Positions 16,646 through 29,126 of a stretch of DNA of 64,000 nt are shown piece after piece. How positions within the stretch are numbered: position 1 is the first letter of the stretch; each line of letters opens with the position of its first letter. Source of the stretch: Candidatus Marinacidobacterium sp. (GTDB lineage Bacteria; Acidobacteriota; Vicinamibacteria; Marinacidobacterales; Marinacidobacteraceae); assembly GCA_965220965.1 (NCBI GenBank), contig OZ244852.1, positions 1,565,254 to 1,629,253 on the forward strand, in the 5' to 3' direction. The notes beneath the pieces were generated by a model. That model searched no databases. It saw nothing but the letters and a program-made list of their open reading frames with translations, and was not told the origin of the DNA. A program made the position numbers and the translations under genes.

Positions 16646-19396
16646 ATGCAGACGGGCGTCGAGACAGTTCCCTCTCCGGCCCCCACCACGAACGGTCGGG
16701 CGCGTGGCCTCGCCTTCGCGCGACGGTTCACCCGGCCCGGCGTCTCACCCTTCGACGAGGTGGCCTGGGAACGACGCGACGCCGTCATCACCGATGAGCA
16801 CGGCGCGACGATCTTCGAACAGCGGGACGTCGAGTTCCCCAAGACCTGGTCCCAGATGGCGACCACGATCGTCGCCTCGAAGTACTTCCACGGTTCGCTC
16901 GAGAAGGGAGAGCGGGAGTCCAGCGTCCGGCAACTCGTCGGCCGGGTCGCCGACCAGATCACCGCCTGGGGCGTGAAGGACGGCTACTTCGCCGATGAGG
17001 AGGAGGCGGAGACCTTCCGCGCCGAACTCACCTGGCTCCTCGTCAACCAGTACGTCGCGTTCAACTCGCCGGTGTGGTTCAACTGCGGCGTCGAAGAGCA
17101 CCCGCAGTGCTCCGCCTGCTTCATCAACTCGGTGGACGACACGATGGAGTCCATCCTGACGCTGGCGAAGACCGAGGGCATGCTCTTCAAGTGGGGTTCC
17201 GGGACCGGCTCCAACCTGTCGGCGATCCGGAGCTCCCGCGAGAAGCTCTCGACCGGGGGAGCCGCCTCCGGCCCGGTCTCCTTCATGAAGGGCTACGACT
17301 CCTTCGCCGGCGTCATCCGCAGCGGCGGCAAGACGCGGCGCGCCGCCAAGATGGTCATCCTGAACGTGGACCATCCGGATGTCCTCGAGTTCATCGACTG
17401 CAAGGCGCGGGAGGAGAAGAAGGCGCACACGCTGATCGATGCGGGGTACGACGGTTCGCTGAATGGCGAGGCGTACGCCTCGATCCAGTACCAGAACGCG
17501 AACCACAGCGTCCGGGTGAGTGACGCCTTCATGAAGGCGGTGGAGAACGACGAGGAATGGGTCACCCGCTCGATCACCGACGGCGAGCCCATGGACAGCC
17601 TGCCGGCGCGCGAGGTGCTGCGGCGGATCGCGCAGTCCGCGCACCAGTGCGGCGACCCGGGGATGCAGTTCGACGACACCGTAAACCGGTGGCACACCTC
17701 GAAGAACACCGCCCGGATCAACGCCTCGAACCCCTGCTCCGAGTACATGTACCTGGACGACAGCGCCTGCAACCTCGCCTCGCTGAACCTGATGAAGTTC
17801 GTCGACGGAGACGGGGAGTTCGATGACTCCGCCTTCGAGCACGCGGTGGACGTGGTGCTCACCGGCATGGAGATCATCGTGGGGAACGCCAGTTACCCCA
17901 CCGAGCGCATCGGCAAGAACTCGCACGACTTCCGCCCGCTCGGGCTCGGCTACGCGAACCTCGGCGCCCTGCTCATGCAGCGGGGCCTCCCCTACGACAG
18001 CGACGAGGGGCGTTCCTGCGCGGCCGCCATCACCTCCCTGATGACCGGGCGGGCCTACGCCCAGTCAGCGCGGATCGCCGAAGTCACCGGACCGTTCCGG
18101 GGCTACCCCGAAAACCGCGAGCCGTTCCTCGAGGTCATGGGCATGCACCGGGACGCGGCGCGGGCCATCCCGGAGGACGGCGTCCCGGGGAACGTGCTGC
18201 AGCGGGCGCGCGAGGTCTGGGACGAGGCGATCGAGCTGGGCGAGGTCCACGGCTACCGGAACGGGCAGGCGTCGGTCCTCGCGCCGACCGGAACGATCGG
18301 CCTGATGATGGACTGCGACACGACCGGCGTCGAGCCCGACCTCTCGCTGATCAAGCACAAGAAGCTCACCGGCGGCGGAATCATCCGGATCGTGAACCAT
18401 TCGGTGGAGGCGGCCCTCGAACGGCTGGGCTACGAAGCGGACGCGATCCGGCGAATCCTCGACCATGTGGACGAACACGGCCACGTGGAGGGCGCGGCGG
18501 ACCTCCGCGAGGAGGATCTCGCGGTCTTCGACTGCGCGCTGCTCCCCGCCGGGGGAAGCCGCTCGATCCACTTCATGGGTCACGTGAAGATGATGGAGGC
18601 GGTCCAGCCGTTCCTCTCCGGGGCGATCTCGAAGACCGTCAACATGCCCTCCGACAGCACGGTGGAGGACATCGAAGAGACCTACATCGCCGCCTGGAAG
18701 CGCGGGCTCAAGGCGGTGGCCATCTACCGCGACGGAAGCAAGCTGGCGCAACCGCTGAACGTGGGGTCCTCACCCGACGAGACCGACCAGGACGCGGCGC
18801 CGTCTCCGGCGTCCGCGACCCGCGGCGCAGCGGGCGTCGACAAGGAGCATCTTCCCGCCGAGCGGGATGCGGTGATCCACAAGTTCGACATCGGCGGCCA
18901 CAAGGGCTACCTCACCGTCGGGCTCCGGGAAGATGGATCGCCGTGCGAGATCTTCCTGCGGATGGCCAAGGAGGGCTCCTTCGTCTCGGGCCTGATGGAC
19001 GCCTTCGCCCGCGCGGTGTCCTACAACCTCCAGTACGGCGTGCCGCTGTCGGTCCTGGTGCGCAAGTTCTCCCACACCCGGTTCGAGCCCTCGGGCTACA
19101 CCGGGAACCCGGACATCCCTTACGCCGACTCGATCACCGACTACATCTTCCGCTGGCTGGGTCACCGCTTCCTCGAAGGCGGGGACGCCCCGCTGGCGGA
19201 CGGCGATGATGAGGCGGCGCCAGAGGCCGACGCTTCCGAGCCTCAGCCCGCCCGGCGACGGAGCCCCCGCGCCGTTCTGGAGCCGGCGGCGGTGTTCCAG
19301 GACGCCCCGCCGTGCTCCACCTGCGGAGCGCTCATGGTGCGCAGCGGCACCTGCTTCAAGTGCCTGAACTGCGGCGCAACCTCCGGCTGCTCCTGA
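16646..19396 (+). CDS. nrdJ: adenosylcobalamin-dependent (class II) ribonucleotide reductase
   Basis: Motifs: IVASKYFHG, NSPVWFNCG, CSACFI, GSGTGSNLS, SGGKTRRAAKM, NPCSEY, AISKTVNMP. C-terminal Cys cluster CSTCGALMVRSGTCFKCLNCGATSGC. ATG 16646 has a good RBS; the ORF-track start 16598 is upstream of it. Confidence 0.93.
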   Translation: MQTGVETVPSPAPTTNGRARGLAFARRFTRPGVSPFDEVAWERRDAVITDEHGATIFEQRDVEFPKTWSQMATTIVASKYFHGSLEKGERESSVRQLVGRVADQITAWGVKDGYFADEEEAETFRAELTWLLVNQYVAFNSPVWFNCGVEEHPQCSACFINSVDDTMESILTLAKTEGMLFKWGSGTGSNLSAIRSSREKLSTGGAASGPVSFMKGYDSFAGVIRSGGKTRRAAKMVILNVDHPDVLEFIDCKAREEKKAHTLIDAGYDGSLNGEAYASIQYQNANHSVRVSDAFMKAVENDEEWVTRSITDGEPMDSLPAREVLRRIAQSAHQCGDPGMQFDDTVNRWHTSKNTARINASNPCSEYMYLDDSACNLASLNLMKFVDGDGEFDDSAFEHAVDVVLTGMEIIVGNASYPTERIGKNSHDFRPLGLGYANLGALLMQRGLPYDSDEGRSCAAAITSLMTGRAYAQSARIAEVTGPFRGYPENREPFLEVMGMHRDAARAIPEDGVPGNVLQRAREVWDEAIELGEVHGYRNGQASVLAPTGTIGLMMDCDTTGVEPDLSLIKHKKLTGGGIIRIVNHSVEAALERLGYEADAIRRILDHVDEHGHVEGAADLREEDLAVFDCALLPAGGSRSIHFMGHVKMMEAVQPFLSGAISKTVNMPSDSTVEDIEETYIAAWKRGLKAVAIYRDGSKLAQPLNVGSSPDETDQDAAPSPASATRGAAGVDKEHLPAERDAVIHKFDIGGHKGYLTVGLREDGSPCEIFLRMAKEGSFVSGLMDAFARAVSYNLQYGVPLSVLVRKFSHTRFEPSGYTGNPDIPYADSITDYIFRWLGHRFLEGGDAPLADGDDEAAPEADASEPQPARRRSPRAVLEPAAVFQDAPPCSTCGALMVRSGTCFKCLNCGATSGCS

Positions 19397-19558
19397 GGTC
19401 CTGAAACCCCAGGCGGGCGTAACCCCCGCAGCCACGCGGGCGCGCCTGCGCTCGCTCCAGCTCGAGCACTAGCGCCGAGGCGGACCTCCGGACGGAGGAC
19501 CGCCCCGCCCCAACGGGTTGCCCCGACAGGTTCCGGCCCGAAGGCCGGGAAACCGGAG

Positions 19559-21784
<2,226 letters not shown>

Positions 21785-21931
21785 TCCGGTGTTTCCTTTG
21801 TTTCCTTCCGGTTCTTCCCTGTACTGCTTCGCCTCACCGGGGAACCGCGATGTCCTCGCTCCGGTCCGGCCTGCCGGCATGGTCGGCGCGCGCACGGCGC
21901 CACCTTCCCTGCCCGGCCCGACGGGGGCGCT

Positions 21932-22201
21932 CTACTTCCTCAGGCCGAGTTCGGCAATCAACTCACGGTAGCGGCCCGCGTCCTCGCGCCGCAGATAGTC
22001 GAGCAGTCTGCGACGCCGACTCACCATCTTGAGGAGCCCGCGACGGGACGCATGGTCCTTGGCGTGATCCGCAAAATGGCCGGTGAGCCCCGTGATTCTC
22101 GCGGTCAGAAGCGCGACCTGCACCTCGGGCGAACCCGCGTCGGTCTCATGCCGACGGAATTTCTCGATGATCTCCCGCCGGGTGGAGTGTTGAAGCGCCA
22201 A
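21932..22201 (-). CDS. rpsO: 30S ribosomal protein S15
   Basis: 89 aa, [43 protein letters not shown]...[21 protein letters not shown]. Confidence 0.97.
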   Translation of the reverse strand: MALQHSTRREIIEKFRRHETDAGSPEVQVALLTARITGLTGHFADHAKDHASRRGLLKMVSRRRRLLDYLRREDAGRYRELIAELGLRK

Positions 22202-22235
22202 TGCCGGGTACCTGTGTCCGCGAGTAGTCCTGTCT

Positions 22236-22262
22236 GGTTTCCTGATCCCAGGTTTCCTGATC
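22236..22262 (-). repeat. 12-nt direct repeat (GATCAGGAAACC x2 on the coding strand) in the rpsO 5' leader
   Basis: Plus-strand ggtttcctgatc at 22236..22247 and 22251..22262, 35-61 nt upstream of the rpsO ATG. The copies can pair into a GAUCAGG-AAA-CCUG(GG)AUC hairpin. Confidence 0.6.
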
Positions 22263-22474
22263 TTTCGTGTGCCGATCCGGGGCCGAATGCGCCCGCGGGC
22301 TCAGGAGCCCTTGTTCCGGATCGGAGCCCGCGTCCCGCCTTCCAGGCGGTCGGGCCGATGTCGCGCCGCAACGCAAGTGACGGGTCGCGTCGGTTTGCGG
22401 GAGGGAGCCTACCACGCGGAGTGAGAACCCACGCGGTGCGGGAGGGGCGCGATGATCCGCAAGAGCCTGGCGGG

Positions 22475-23386
22475 TCAGGCCTCCGCGGCCCAGACGAGCA
22501 CCGGCCGCCAGCCGACCTCGGCGAAACGCACGACCGCCACCAGCTCGAGATCCTCGTCTCTGGCGAGCCGGGGGCGGACCCGCCGCACCGCCGCCCGCAG
22601 CTCCGGGTCTCCAGCGGGGTCGGCCGCGGCGCCGCAGACCGCCTCCAGGGGAACGGTGCGGCCGTGACCCAGCGCGCGCGCCGCATCGTCCCCGACTTCA
22701 AGCCGCGGCATCCCGGCGAGGGCCGCGAGCGGCGGCAGCACGAACTCACGGGCGGCGCCGATGTCGGGGAGCGCTTCCAGCGCTTCGAGAGAAACGGCGC
22801 CGTCGAGCGAGAACGGTCCCACCACTTCCCTCCGCAGCGCCTGAAGGTGAGCCGCCGTGCCGAGGCGCTCTCCGAGGTCGCGGGCCAGCGCCCGGATGTA
22901 CGCGCCGGGCCCCACCTCGCACTCGAGCCCGGCGTCCCGCCCGTCGAACGCGACCAGCTCCAGCCGGTCCACGCGAACGACGACGGGATCCAGATCGGGC
23001 GGCGTCCCGGCGCGCGCCAGCCGGTAGGCGCGCCTCCCCTGGATGCGCTTCGCCGAATAGGCCGGAGGGCGCTGGAGGGTCTCCCCCAGGAATCCGGGAA
23101 GCGCGTCCCGCACCTCCGCCTCGCCGGGCAGATGCCCGGTCGGCCCGAGCGCCTGCCCGGTCCGGTCGTCGGTGTCGGTCGCCTGGCCGAAACGGACCGT
23201 GGCCCGGTAGCGCTTCGCGCCGGCGGTCACGAACCTTGCGAGCCGGGTGGCGCGGCCGAGGCAAACCGGCAGCAGGCCGGTTGCGAAGGGGTCGAGCGAC
23301 CCGACGTGCCCGGCGCGAACGCCGCCGAACCGCCGGCGGACCCGGCGCACGACCGCGAAGGACGTGATCCCCTCGGGTTTGTCCAC
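22475..23386 (-). CDS. truB: tRNA pseudouridine(55) synthase
   Basis: VDKPEGITSF, GHVGSLDPFATGLLPV (catalytic Asp), YSAKRIQGRRAYRLAR. The GTG start removes the usual G-V-L-L lead-in, which is encoded in-frame upstream without a canonical start, so the true start may be non-canonical. Confidence 0.9.
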   Translation of the reverse strand: MDKPEGITSFAVVRRVRRRFGGVRAGHVGSLDPFATGLLPVCLGRATRLARFVTAGAKRYRATVRFGQATDTDDRTGQALGPTGHLPGEAEVRDALPGFLGETLQRPPAYSAKRIQGRRAYRLARAGTPPDLDPVVVRVDRLELVAFDGRDAGLECEVGPGAYIRALARDLGERLGTAAHLQALRREVVGPFSLDGAVSLEALEALPDIGAAREFVLPPLAALAGMPRLEVGDDAARALGHGRTVPLEAVCGAAADPAGDPELRAAVRRVRPRLARDEDLELVAVVRFAEVGWRPVLVWAAEA

Positions 23387-23403
23387 GAGGAGAACGCCTT
23401 CGA

Positions 23404-23835
23404 TCAGGAGCCTTCTCCCGGCCTCTCCGGCGCCTCGCCGCTCCGGGAGCCGTCGTCGTCCGCCGGATCCTCGCCATCTTCCTCGGGCGAGCGCTCCCGC
23501 TCCCGCTCGAGAATCTCCTCCAGCCGGACCGAGAACTCCACCGAGGGGTCGAAGACGAACCGCACCTCGGGGGTCTGACGAAGCCGGACCCTCCGGCCCA
23601 GGAGCGTCCGCACGCGCCCCCTGGCGCGGCCCAGCACCTCGAGCGTCTCCTGCTGCTCGCTCTCGCTACCCAGCACCGAGACGTGGACCCGGGCGAGCGA
23701 CATGTCGCCGGTGACCTCGGCGCGGGTCACGGTGGCGCGCGCCACGCGCGGATCCCGGAACTGGAACCGGAGGATCCCCGCGACCTCCTTGCGGATCGCC
23801 TCGGCGACCCGCAGCCGCCGCTCGCTGCCGCGCAT
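23404..23835 (-). CDS. rbfA: ribosome-binding factor A
   Basis: RLRVAEAIRKEVAGIL, VTRAEVTGDMSLARVHVSV, TPEVRFVFD, plus an acidic tail. Confidence 0.92.
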   Translation of the reverse strand: MRGSERRLRVAEAIRKEVAGILRFQFRDPRVARATVTRAEVTGDMSLARVHVSVLGSESEQQETLEVLGRARGRVRTLLGRRVRLRQTPEVRFVFDPSVEFSVRLEEILERERERSPEEDGEDPADDDGSRSGEAPERPGEGS

Positions 23836-23862
23836 CGATCCCTCAGGCGTCCGTCGGCGGCG

Positions 23863-24222
23863 TCACGGGGCTCGCTCCACCCACTCGATGTCGGCTTCGG
23901 CCACTTCGGCGGGGAACGCGCGCCAGGCGATGTCCCTGGCCGCCTCCAGCCGGGCGCTCACCGCGGGCGTCCCGAGTCCGACCGCCACCACCGACAGCTC
24001 TGCCTCGCGCAGGGCCTCCGGATCGCCGGTCTCCGCCACCGCAACCAGACAGCGGGCCCGCAGCCGATCGGTGAGCGAACGGACCACGCGCCGCCGGTCC
24101 TTCTTCGACCGCGCGCCGGGGAGCGAAAGGCGGATCCGCAACAGCCCTACGCGGGTTCGCGCCACCGGATTCGCCTCGCCCGGGAGCGTATCCGCGACCA
24201 GTCCAGTAGCCAACTCGAACAT
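23863..24222 (-). CDS. DUF503 (YlxP-like) protein
   Basis: C-terminal part of ORF 23863..25827: RVGLLRIRLSLPGARSKKDRRRVVRSLTDRLRARCLVAVAETGDPEALREAELSVVAVG, in the conserved position between infB and rbfA. Start is ATG 24222 or GTG 24165. Confidence 0.75.
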   Translation of the reverse strand: MFELATGLVADTLPGEANPVARTRVGLLRIRLSLPGARSKKDRRRVVRSLTDRLRARCLVAVAETGDPEALREAELSVVAVGLGTPAVSARLEAARDIAWRAFPAEVAEADIEWVERAP

Positions 24223-24314
24223 TTCTTCCGCGAGGCGGTTACCGGAGGGGCTGGAGGCAAACGGCCATCCCGGGGATACGCGCCGGAGCCCGCCCGCTTC
24301 TCCGGCCGCCTGAT

Positions 24315-27050
24315 CTAGGCGGATACCTCGACCTGTTTCTGCTCGAACGCCTCGATGATGTCGCCGATCTTGACGTCGTTGTAGCCGGCGATCCCGACGC
24401 CGCACTCGAATCCCTCGCGGACCCGCGCCACGTCTTCCTTGAACCGGCGGAGGCTCCCGATGCGGCCCTGATGCACGATCCGGCCGTCGCGGACGAGCCG
24501 CACCTGGGCGGAGCGCGGGATCGCTCCGCTCAGGACGTACGAGCCGGCGACCGTGCCCACCCGAGGCACCGAGAAGGTCCGCCGGACCTCGATCCGGCCG
24601 AGCTCGACGATTTCGGTCTCGGGCTCGAGGAGCCCGGTGAGGGCCTTCTCGATCTCCTCGACGAGGTGGTAGATGACGTTGTGGGCGCGGATCTCCACGC
24701 CTTCGCGCTCCGCCAGCCGCCTGGCCTGCGGATCGGGGCGCACCCCGAAGGCCACCACGATGGAGTCGGTCGCGGCCGCCAGGTTCACATCGCTCTCCGA
24801 CACCGCGCCGGCGGCGGTGTGGATGACGCGCACTTTGACCTCGTCGGTGGACAACCGGAGCAGCGAGTCGCGCACCGCTTCGGATGTCCCCCCCACGTCG
24901 GCCTTCACGACGATGGACAGCTCCTTGAGCCCGCCCTCGAGCTGGGAGTAGAGGTTCTGGAGGTTCAGCCGGCGCCTCCCCTCGAGCACCTCCATCCGGT
25001 CCGAGTCCTGGCGTTCCTCGGCGATACGGCGCGCTTCGGCGGCGGATTCGGCGGCCGTGAACCGGTCTCCCACGACCGGCACGTCGGTCAGCCCCAGGAC
25101 CTCGACCGGAGTCGAGGGCGGCGCCGACTTGAGCCGTTTCCCGGCGCCGTCCAGAAGCGCGCGGACCTTGCCCCAGGCGGCGCCCGCCGAGAGCGTCGCG
25201 CCCACCTTGAGCGTTCCGCTCTGCACCAGCATCTGGGCCACCGGGCCCCGCCCCCGGTCCTTGCGGGCCTCGAGCACGACCCCCTCGGCCGGAACCCGGG
25301 GATCGGCGAGCGGCTCTTCCAGCTCGGCCACGTCGAGGACCGCCGCGAGCATCTCGGGGAGCCCCTCGTGGGTCTTCGCCGACACCCGGCAGAAGATCGT
25401 GTCGCCGCCCCACTCTTCGGGGTTCACCCCCCGCTCCGAAAGCTGCCGCATGACCTGGTCGGGATCGGCGGCGGGCAGGTCCATCTTGTTGACCGCCACC
25501 ACGATCGGGACCTCGGCGGCCCGGGCGTGGTTCAGCGCCTCGATCGTCTGCTCTTTCACCCCGTCGTCGGCGGCGACAACGAGGATGACCACATCGGTCA
25601 CCGACGCGCCGCGGGCGCGCATCTTGGTGAACGCCTCGTGGCCGGGAGTGTCCAGGAAGACGATCCGTCGGCCGTCCTCGGTGTCCACGGTGTAGGCGCT
25701 CACGTGCTGGGTGATGCCGCCGGCCTCGCCGGCCACCACCCGGGTGGAGCGGATCGCGTCGAGCACGCTCGTCTTGCCGTGGTCCACATGGCCCATCACC
25801 GTGACCACCGGCGCCCGCTCCACCCATCCCTGGTCGCGAAGCGCCTGCGCCTCTTCCGCGCGGCTGTGCGCTTCGGCCAGCGCGCCCTCGTCGACTTCGT
25901 CGGGAGTGGAGGTCGTGCCGCCGAACTTCACCACGAGCTTCTCGGCGGTGTCGGCGTCGAGGACCTGATTGATCGACGCGGCCACGCCCTGATCGAGGAG
26001 GAGCGCCTTGATGACCTCGGAGATCGGGATGCTCATCGCCTCGGCGAGTCCCTTCACCGTGATCGCGTCCCCCAGCTCGACTTCGGCGCTGGTCCGGTAT
26101 TCGCGGGAGATCGCCTGCCGGAGCCCGGGCGGGAACTGGCTGTCCAGCCCGTCGGCGGTATCGGGAACCTCGGCGGGGCCCACGCGGCGGCGGGCCTTGG
26201 AGCGGCGTCCGGGCGCGGGGCGCCGCGCCTTGGGGCCCATCCCGGGACTCCGCCGGAGCGGAGGCGGCGTGGCCCGCAGGCGGGGAGGCGTCGCGCGCCG
26301 CGCCGGCGGCGTGACCGTGGGCACGATCTTCCGGTCGGTGGCGCCCGGCCGGAACTGGCCCGGTCGCGCCGGGGAGGCAATGCTCGGCGTCTCGATCCGC
26401 CGCCCGGTGGGTGTGGGGGCGGAGGTGAACGGCTCCCGGACCCGCCGGACGACGCCGGGGCCCTTCGGAGCGCGATCGCCCTCTTCGGGCTTGGCGGGCG
26501 GGCTCTCGGGCGCCGCAGGCGCCGGCTTCGGCGCATCCGCCTTCGCTGCCGCCTTTGCTTCGGCTGCTTCGGCGGCGCGCGCCAGCTCGGCCTGTTTCCG
26601 GGCCGCTTCCGCCGTGCGCCGGATCTCGGCGGCCTCCGCCTCCTCGGCCGCCCGTCGCTCCGCTTCGACCCGTCGCCGCTCTTCGCGCTCTTTCCGCTCC
26701 TCTTCCTCGCGCTCGGCCCGGGCCCGGGCCTCGGCCTCCTCCTTCTCCTTGCGGACCGCATCCTCCTTCGCCTGCTCCTCGGCGGCCTTCGTTTCGGCGG
26801 CGACCCGCTGGAGACGCTGTTCGGCGGCGCGCCGGATGTTCTCCTCCGCGCGGGCCCGGCGGTTCGGACGCGCCGCGCGGCGTTTGGCCAGCCGCAGCCG
26901 GGCGCGGACCTTGCGCGCGTCGTTCGGCTGAAGCGCCGACGAAACCGTGCGCACCCGCAGCCCGAAGTCGGACTGCAGCGCCTTCAGCAGCTCCGCGGGC
27001 TCCATGCCGAGCTCGCGGGCGAGATCGCTGACCCGAATCGAAGGGGGCAT
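24315..27050 (-). CDS. infB: translation initiation factor IF-2
   Basis: G domain [21 protein letters not shown], and a charged N-terminal region. ATG 27050 overlaps the nusA stop (TGATG). Confidence 0.96.
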   Translation of the reverse strand: MPPSIRVSDLARELGMEPAELLKALQSDFGLRVRTVSSALQPNDARKVRARLRLAKRRAARPNRRARAEENIRRAAEQRLQRVAAETKAAEEQAKEDAVRKEKEEAEARARAEREEEERKEREERRRVEAERRAAEEAEAAEIRRTAEAARKQAELARAAEAAEAKAAAKADAPKPAPAAPESPPAKPEEGDRAPKGPGVVRRVREPFTSAPTPTGRRIETPSIASPARPGQFRPGATDRKIVPTVTPPARRATPPRLRATPPPLRRSPGMGPKARRPAPGRRSKARRRVGPAEVPDTADGLDSQFPPGLRQAISREYRTSAEVELGDAITVKGLAEAMSIPISEVIKALLLDQGVAASINQVLDADTAEKLVVKFGGTTSTPDEVDEGALAEAHSRAEEAQALRDQGWVERAPVVTVMGHVDHGKTSVLDAIRSTRVVAGEAGGITQHVSAYTVDTEDGRRIVFLDTPGHEAFTKMRARGASVTDVVILVVAADDGVKEQTIEALNHARAAEVPIVVAVNKMDLPAADPDQVMRQLSERGVNPEEWGGDTIFCRVSAKTHEGLPEMLAAVLDVAELEEPLADPRVPAEGVVLEARKDRGRGPVAQMLVQSGTLKVGATLSAGAAWGKVRALLDGAGKRLKSAPPSTPVEVLGLTDVPVVGDRFTAAESAAEARRIAEERQDSDRMEVLEGRRRLNLQNLYSQLEGGLKELSIVVKADVGGTSEAVRDSLLRLSTDEVKVRVIHTAAGAVSESDVNLAAATDSIVVAFGVRPDPQARRLAEREGVEIRAHNVIYHLVEEIEKALTGLLEPETEIVELGRIEVRRTFSVPRVGTVAGSYVLSGAIPRSAQVRLVRDGRIVHQGRIGSLRRFKEDVARVREGFECGVGIAGYNDVKIGDIIEAFEQKQVEVSA

Positions 27051-28423
27051 CAGGAACCGGCGCCTCCGTCCACGTTGGCGGTTTCGTTCACGGTCTCCGC
27101 GAGCGGACGCTTCTCGTCCGAAGGAGCGGGAGGGGCGGACGGCGCGGCGCGTCGAGGCGACCGATCGGGCGACCGATGGGGTGACCCATGGGACGACCGA
27201 TGGGGCGCTCTGGCGGGCGGTCGCGGCCGCCGCCCGGCGCCGCCCGCCTTCCTGGAGTCCTGACGCGAGCCGGAGAACGGGCGCGCATTCGGGCCGCGGG
27301 GGGGTCGTCCGCGACCACGCGACCGGTCACGGTCGCCGCCCCGGGGATTCCCCGGGCGGCGCGCCTCCGGCCGCCGGCTCCGCCGGGGCCTCGCGGGAGC
27401 GTCATCGCCGTCCGCGATGACCTCGATCGGGATGCCAAGAAGCTCGGACGCGAGCCGCACGTTCTCGCCCCGCTTTCCCACCGCCCGCGGCAGTTCGGCC
27501 TCGGACACCGTCACGATGAGACCCGGATCGCGGCGGCGACGGCCGCGGTCGGGGGAAGGGGCGGGCCCGGTGGCCCGTTCGACCCGCAGCACTTCCGCCG
27601 GGCGCAGCGCGTTCCGGGCCAGCCCTTCCATCGTCGGACTCCAGCGGACCACGTCCACCCGTTCCCCCCGGAGTTCGCGGCTCACCGCGCGGATCCGGGC
27701 GCCGCCCGGTCCCAAGCAGGCCGCGACCGCGTCGACCCCTGGCGCTTCGCTCCACACGGCGGCCTTGGCCCGGGTTCCCGGGTGGCGGGCCACCGCCCGC
27801 ACCTCGACCAGGCCCCGGCGCACTTCCGGGGTCTCCCGCTCGATGGCGCCGGCGACCACTTCGGGCGCGATCCGGGAGAGGATGACCGGAGGGTCCTCGG
27901 GTTCGATCGACCGCACGACCGCCCTCACTGTGTCGTCCGGGTTGAACACCTCGTGGCGGCTCTGCTCTCCGCCCGGAAGACGGCCCTCGACCGGCCCCAG
28001 ATCCACGATGAGATCGTGTCCCTCCCGGCGAAGCACCCGCCCGGTCTCGAGCTTCCCGATCCGGTCCCGGAACCGGTTGGCCCGGGCCAGAAGACGGCCC
28101 GCCCGCAGCTTCGTCTCGAGCGTTTCGCGAGCGGCCCACGCCGCGTTGCGCGACGCCGAACGGAGTGGCGCCGGGACCTCCACCAGGTCGCCTTCCGAAG
28201 CGCCCTCCGGCGCCTGGTCGCGATGGATCTCCCGCTCCGGATCCGCGACTTCGGCGACGACCCGCTGCGAGGCGAAACACTGCAGAATCCCGGTCTCCTG
28301 ATCCAGCCGGACCCTGAGCGTGCGTCCCGCGCTGCGCGAGGCCGCCAGCCCCGCCGCGTGCTCGACGCCAGCGATGACCTCGGCGCGATCCAGGTCCGCC
28401 GAGAGCTCTTCGATCGCCGCCAT
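27050..28423 (-). CDS. nusA: transcription termination/antitermination factor NusA (with Arg-rich tail, no AR1/AR2 repeats seen)
   Basis: MAAIEELSADLDRAEVI start at ATG 28423 (TGATG overlap with the rimP stop). S1 region (GKLETGRVLRREGHDLIVDLGPVEGRLP). KH regions (AACLGPGGARIRAVSRELRGERVDVV, AVGKRGENVRLASELLGIPIEV). Confidence 0.93.
   Translation of the reverse strand: MAAIEELSADLDRAEVIAGVEHAAGLAASRSAGRTLRVRLDQETGILQCFASQRVVAEVADPEREIHRDQAPEGASEGDLVEVPAPLRSASRNAAWAARETLETKLRAGRLLARANRFRDRIGKLETGRVLRREGHDLIVDLGPVEGRLPGGEQSRHEVFNPDDTVRAVVRSIEPEDPPVILSRIAPEVVAGAIERETPEVRRGLVEVRAVARHPGTRAKAAVWSEAPGVDAVAACLGPGGARIRAVSRELRGERVDVVRWSPTMEGLARNALRPAEVLRVERATGPAPSPDRGRRRRDPGLIVTVSEAELPRAVGKRGENVRLASELLGIPIEVIADGDDAPARPRRSRRPEARRPGNPRGGDRDRSRGRGRPPRGPNARPFSGSRQDSRKAGGAGRRPRPPARAPHRSSHGSPHRSPDRSPRRAAPSAPPAPSDEKRPLAETVNETANVDGGAGS
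27157..27204 (-). repeat. 4 x 12-bp tandem repeat inside the nusA tail
   Basis: Plus-strand units gcgaccgatcgg / gcgaccgatggg / gtgacccatggg / acgaccgatggg, encoding the HRSS-HGSP-HRSP-DRSP tetrapeptide repeat. Confidence 0.8.
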
Positions 28424-29055
28424 CAGTCGCGCCGCCGCCTCCCGGGACGCGTCTTTCGTCCGCCGTGGCTTCGGGGTCCGAGCAGGGCGTCGAAGTCCGG
28501 GTCGAGGCGGGCGGCGAGGACGTCGTCCCAGCGCACCCACACGGCGTCCTCCGGCTCCCCCACGATGCCCTCGATCCGGACCGCGAACTCCTCCACCGTC
28601 TCCAGCTTCCCCACCAGCGTCCGGTGGCGGTCCTCCATCCGGCACTTCACCCGCACCCGCCGCCCGGTGAATCGCCTGCAGTCGGAGATCGAATGAAGCG
28701 GCCGATCGAGCCCTGGAGTGCTCACCTCGAGCACGTAGGAGCCGGGGATCGGATCCTCCAGGTCGAGCAGCGCCGACAGCCGCTCGTTCACCCGCTCGCA
28801 GTCCGGAAGACCGACCGGCCCGGCGTCGGAGGGAGCGTCGTCCGGCCGCTCGACAAAGACGCGCACCCGCCTCGATCCGCGAGGACCCTTGATCTCGGTC
28901 CATGCCAACTGAACCCCGGCGCTCACTGCCGCGCGCCGCGCCAGCCCTTCCACCCGGGCGGGAAGATCCCGCTCGGCGGCAGCGCTCTGGCTCGGCGATC
29001 GTTCGTTCTGCGGAATGCGTGGGGCCTCTCCGGGCGGCTCGATTCGGGTATGCAA
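28423..29055 (-). CDS. rimP: ribosome maturation factor RimP
   Basis: VQLAWTEIKGPRGSRRVRVFVERPDD, YVLEVSTPGLDRPL, GRRVRVKCR...VGKLETVEEFAVRIEG. Start chosen at TTG 29055 (GGGAGA 4 nt upstream). GTG 28953 is an alternative. ATG 29151 is rejected because an intrinsic terminator lies inside that extension. Confidence 0.85.
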   Translation of the reverse strand: MHTRIEPPGEAPRIPQNERSPSQSAAAERDLPARVEGLARRAAVSAGVQLAWTEIKGPRGSRRVRVFVERPDDAPSDAGPVGLPDCERVNERLSALLDLEDPIPGSYVLEVSTPGLDRPLHSISDCRRFTGRRVRVKCRMEDRHRTLVGKLETVEEFAVRIEGIVGEPEDAVWVRWDDVLAARLDPDFDALLGPRSHGGRKTRPGRRRRD

Positions 29056-29093
29056 CGGGTCTCCCGGACGCCCGCAGAATCCCGACGGCGGCC

Positions 29094-29126
29094 AAAAAAA
29101 CCCGCCGCGCAACCGGGCGCGGCGGG
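29094..29126 (-). terminator. rho-independent terminator (10-bp GC stem, 6-nt loop, U7) between rimO and rimP
   Basis: The minus strand reads cccgccgcgc-ccggtt-gcgcggcggg-ttttttt (plus strand a7 at 29094..29100, stem 29101..29126). Confidence 0.8.

Noticed and set aside
19397-19558. Hairpins between the convergent nrdJ and pnp stops (ggcggacctcc-ggac-ggaggaccgcc about 19478-19503; ggttccggcc-cgaa-ggccgggaaacc 19529-19554), considered as bidirectional terminators.
   Set aside because: The stems are imperfect and neither strand has a U-tract. They are plausible but not strong enough to list as features. The same applies to tccggcc-cgga-ggccgga at 39136-39153 between the DUF502 gene and gdhA.
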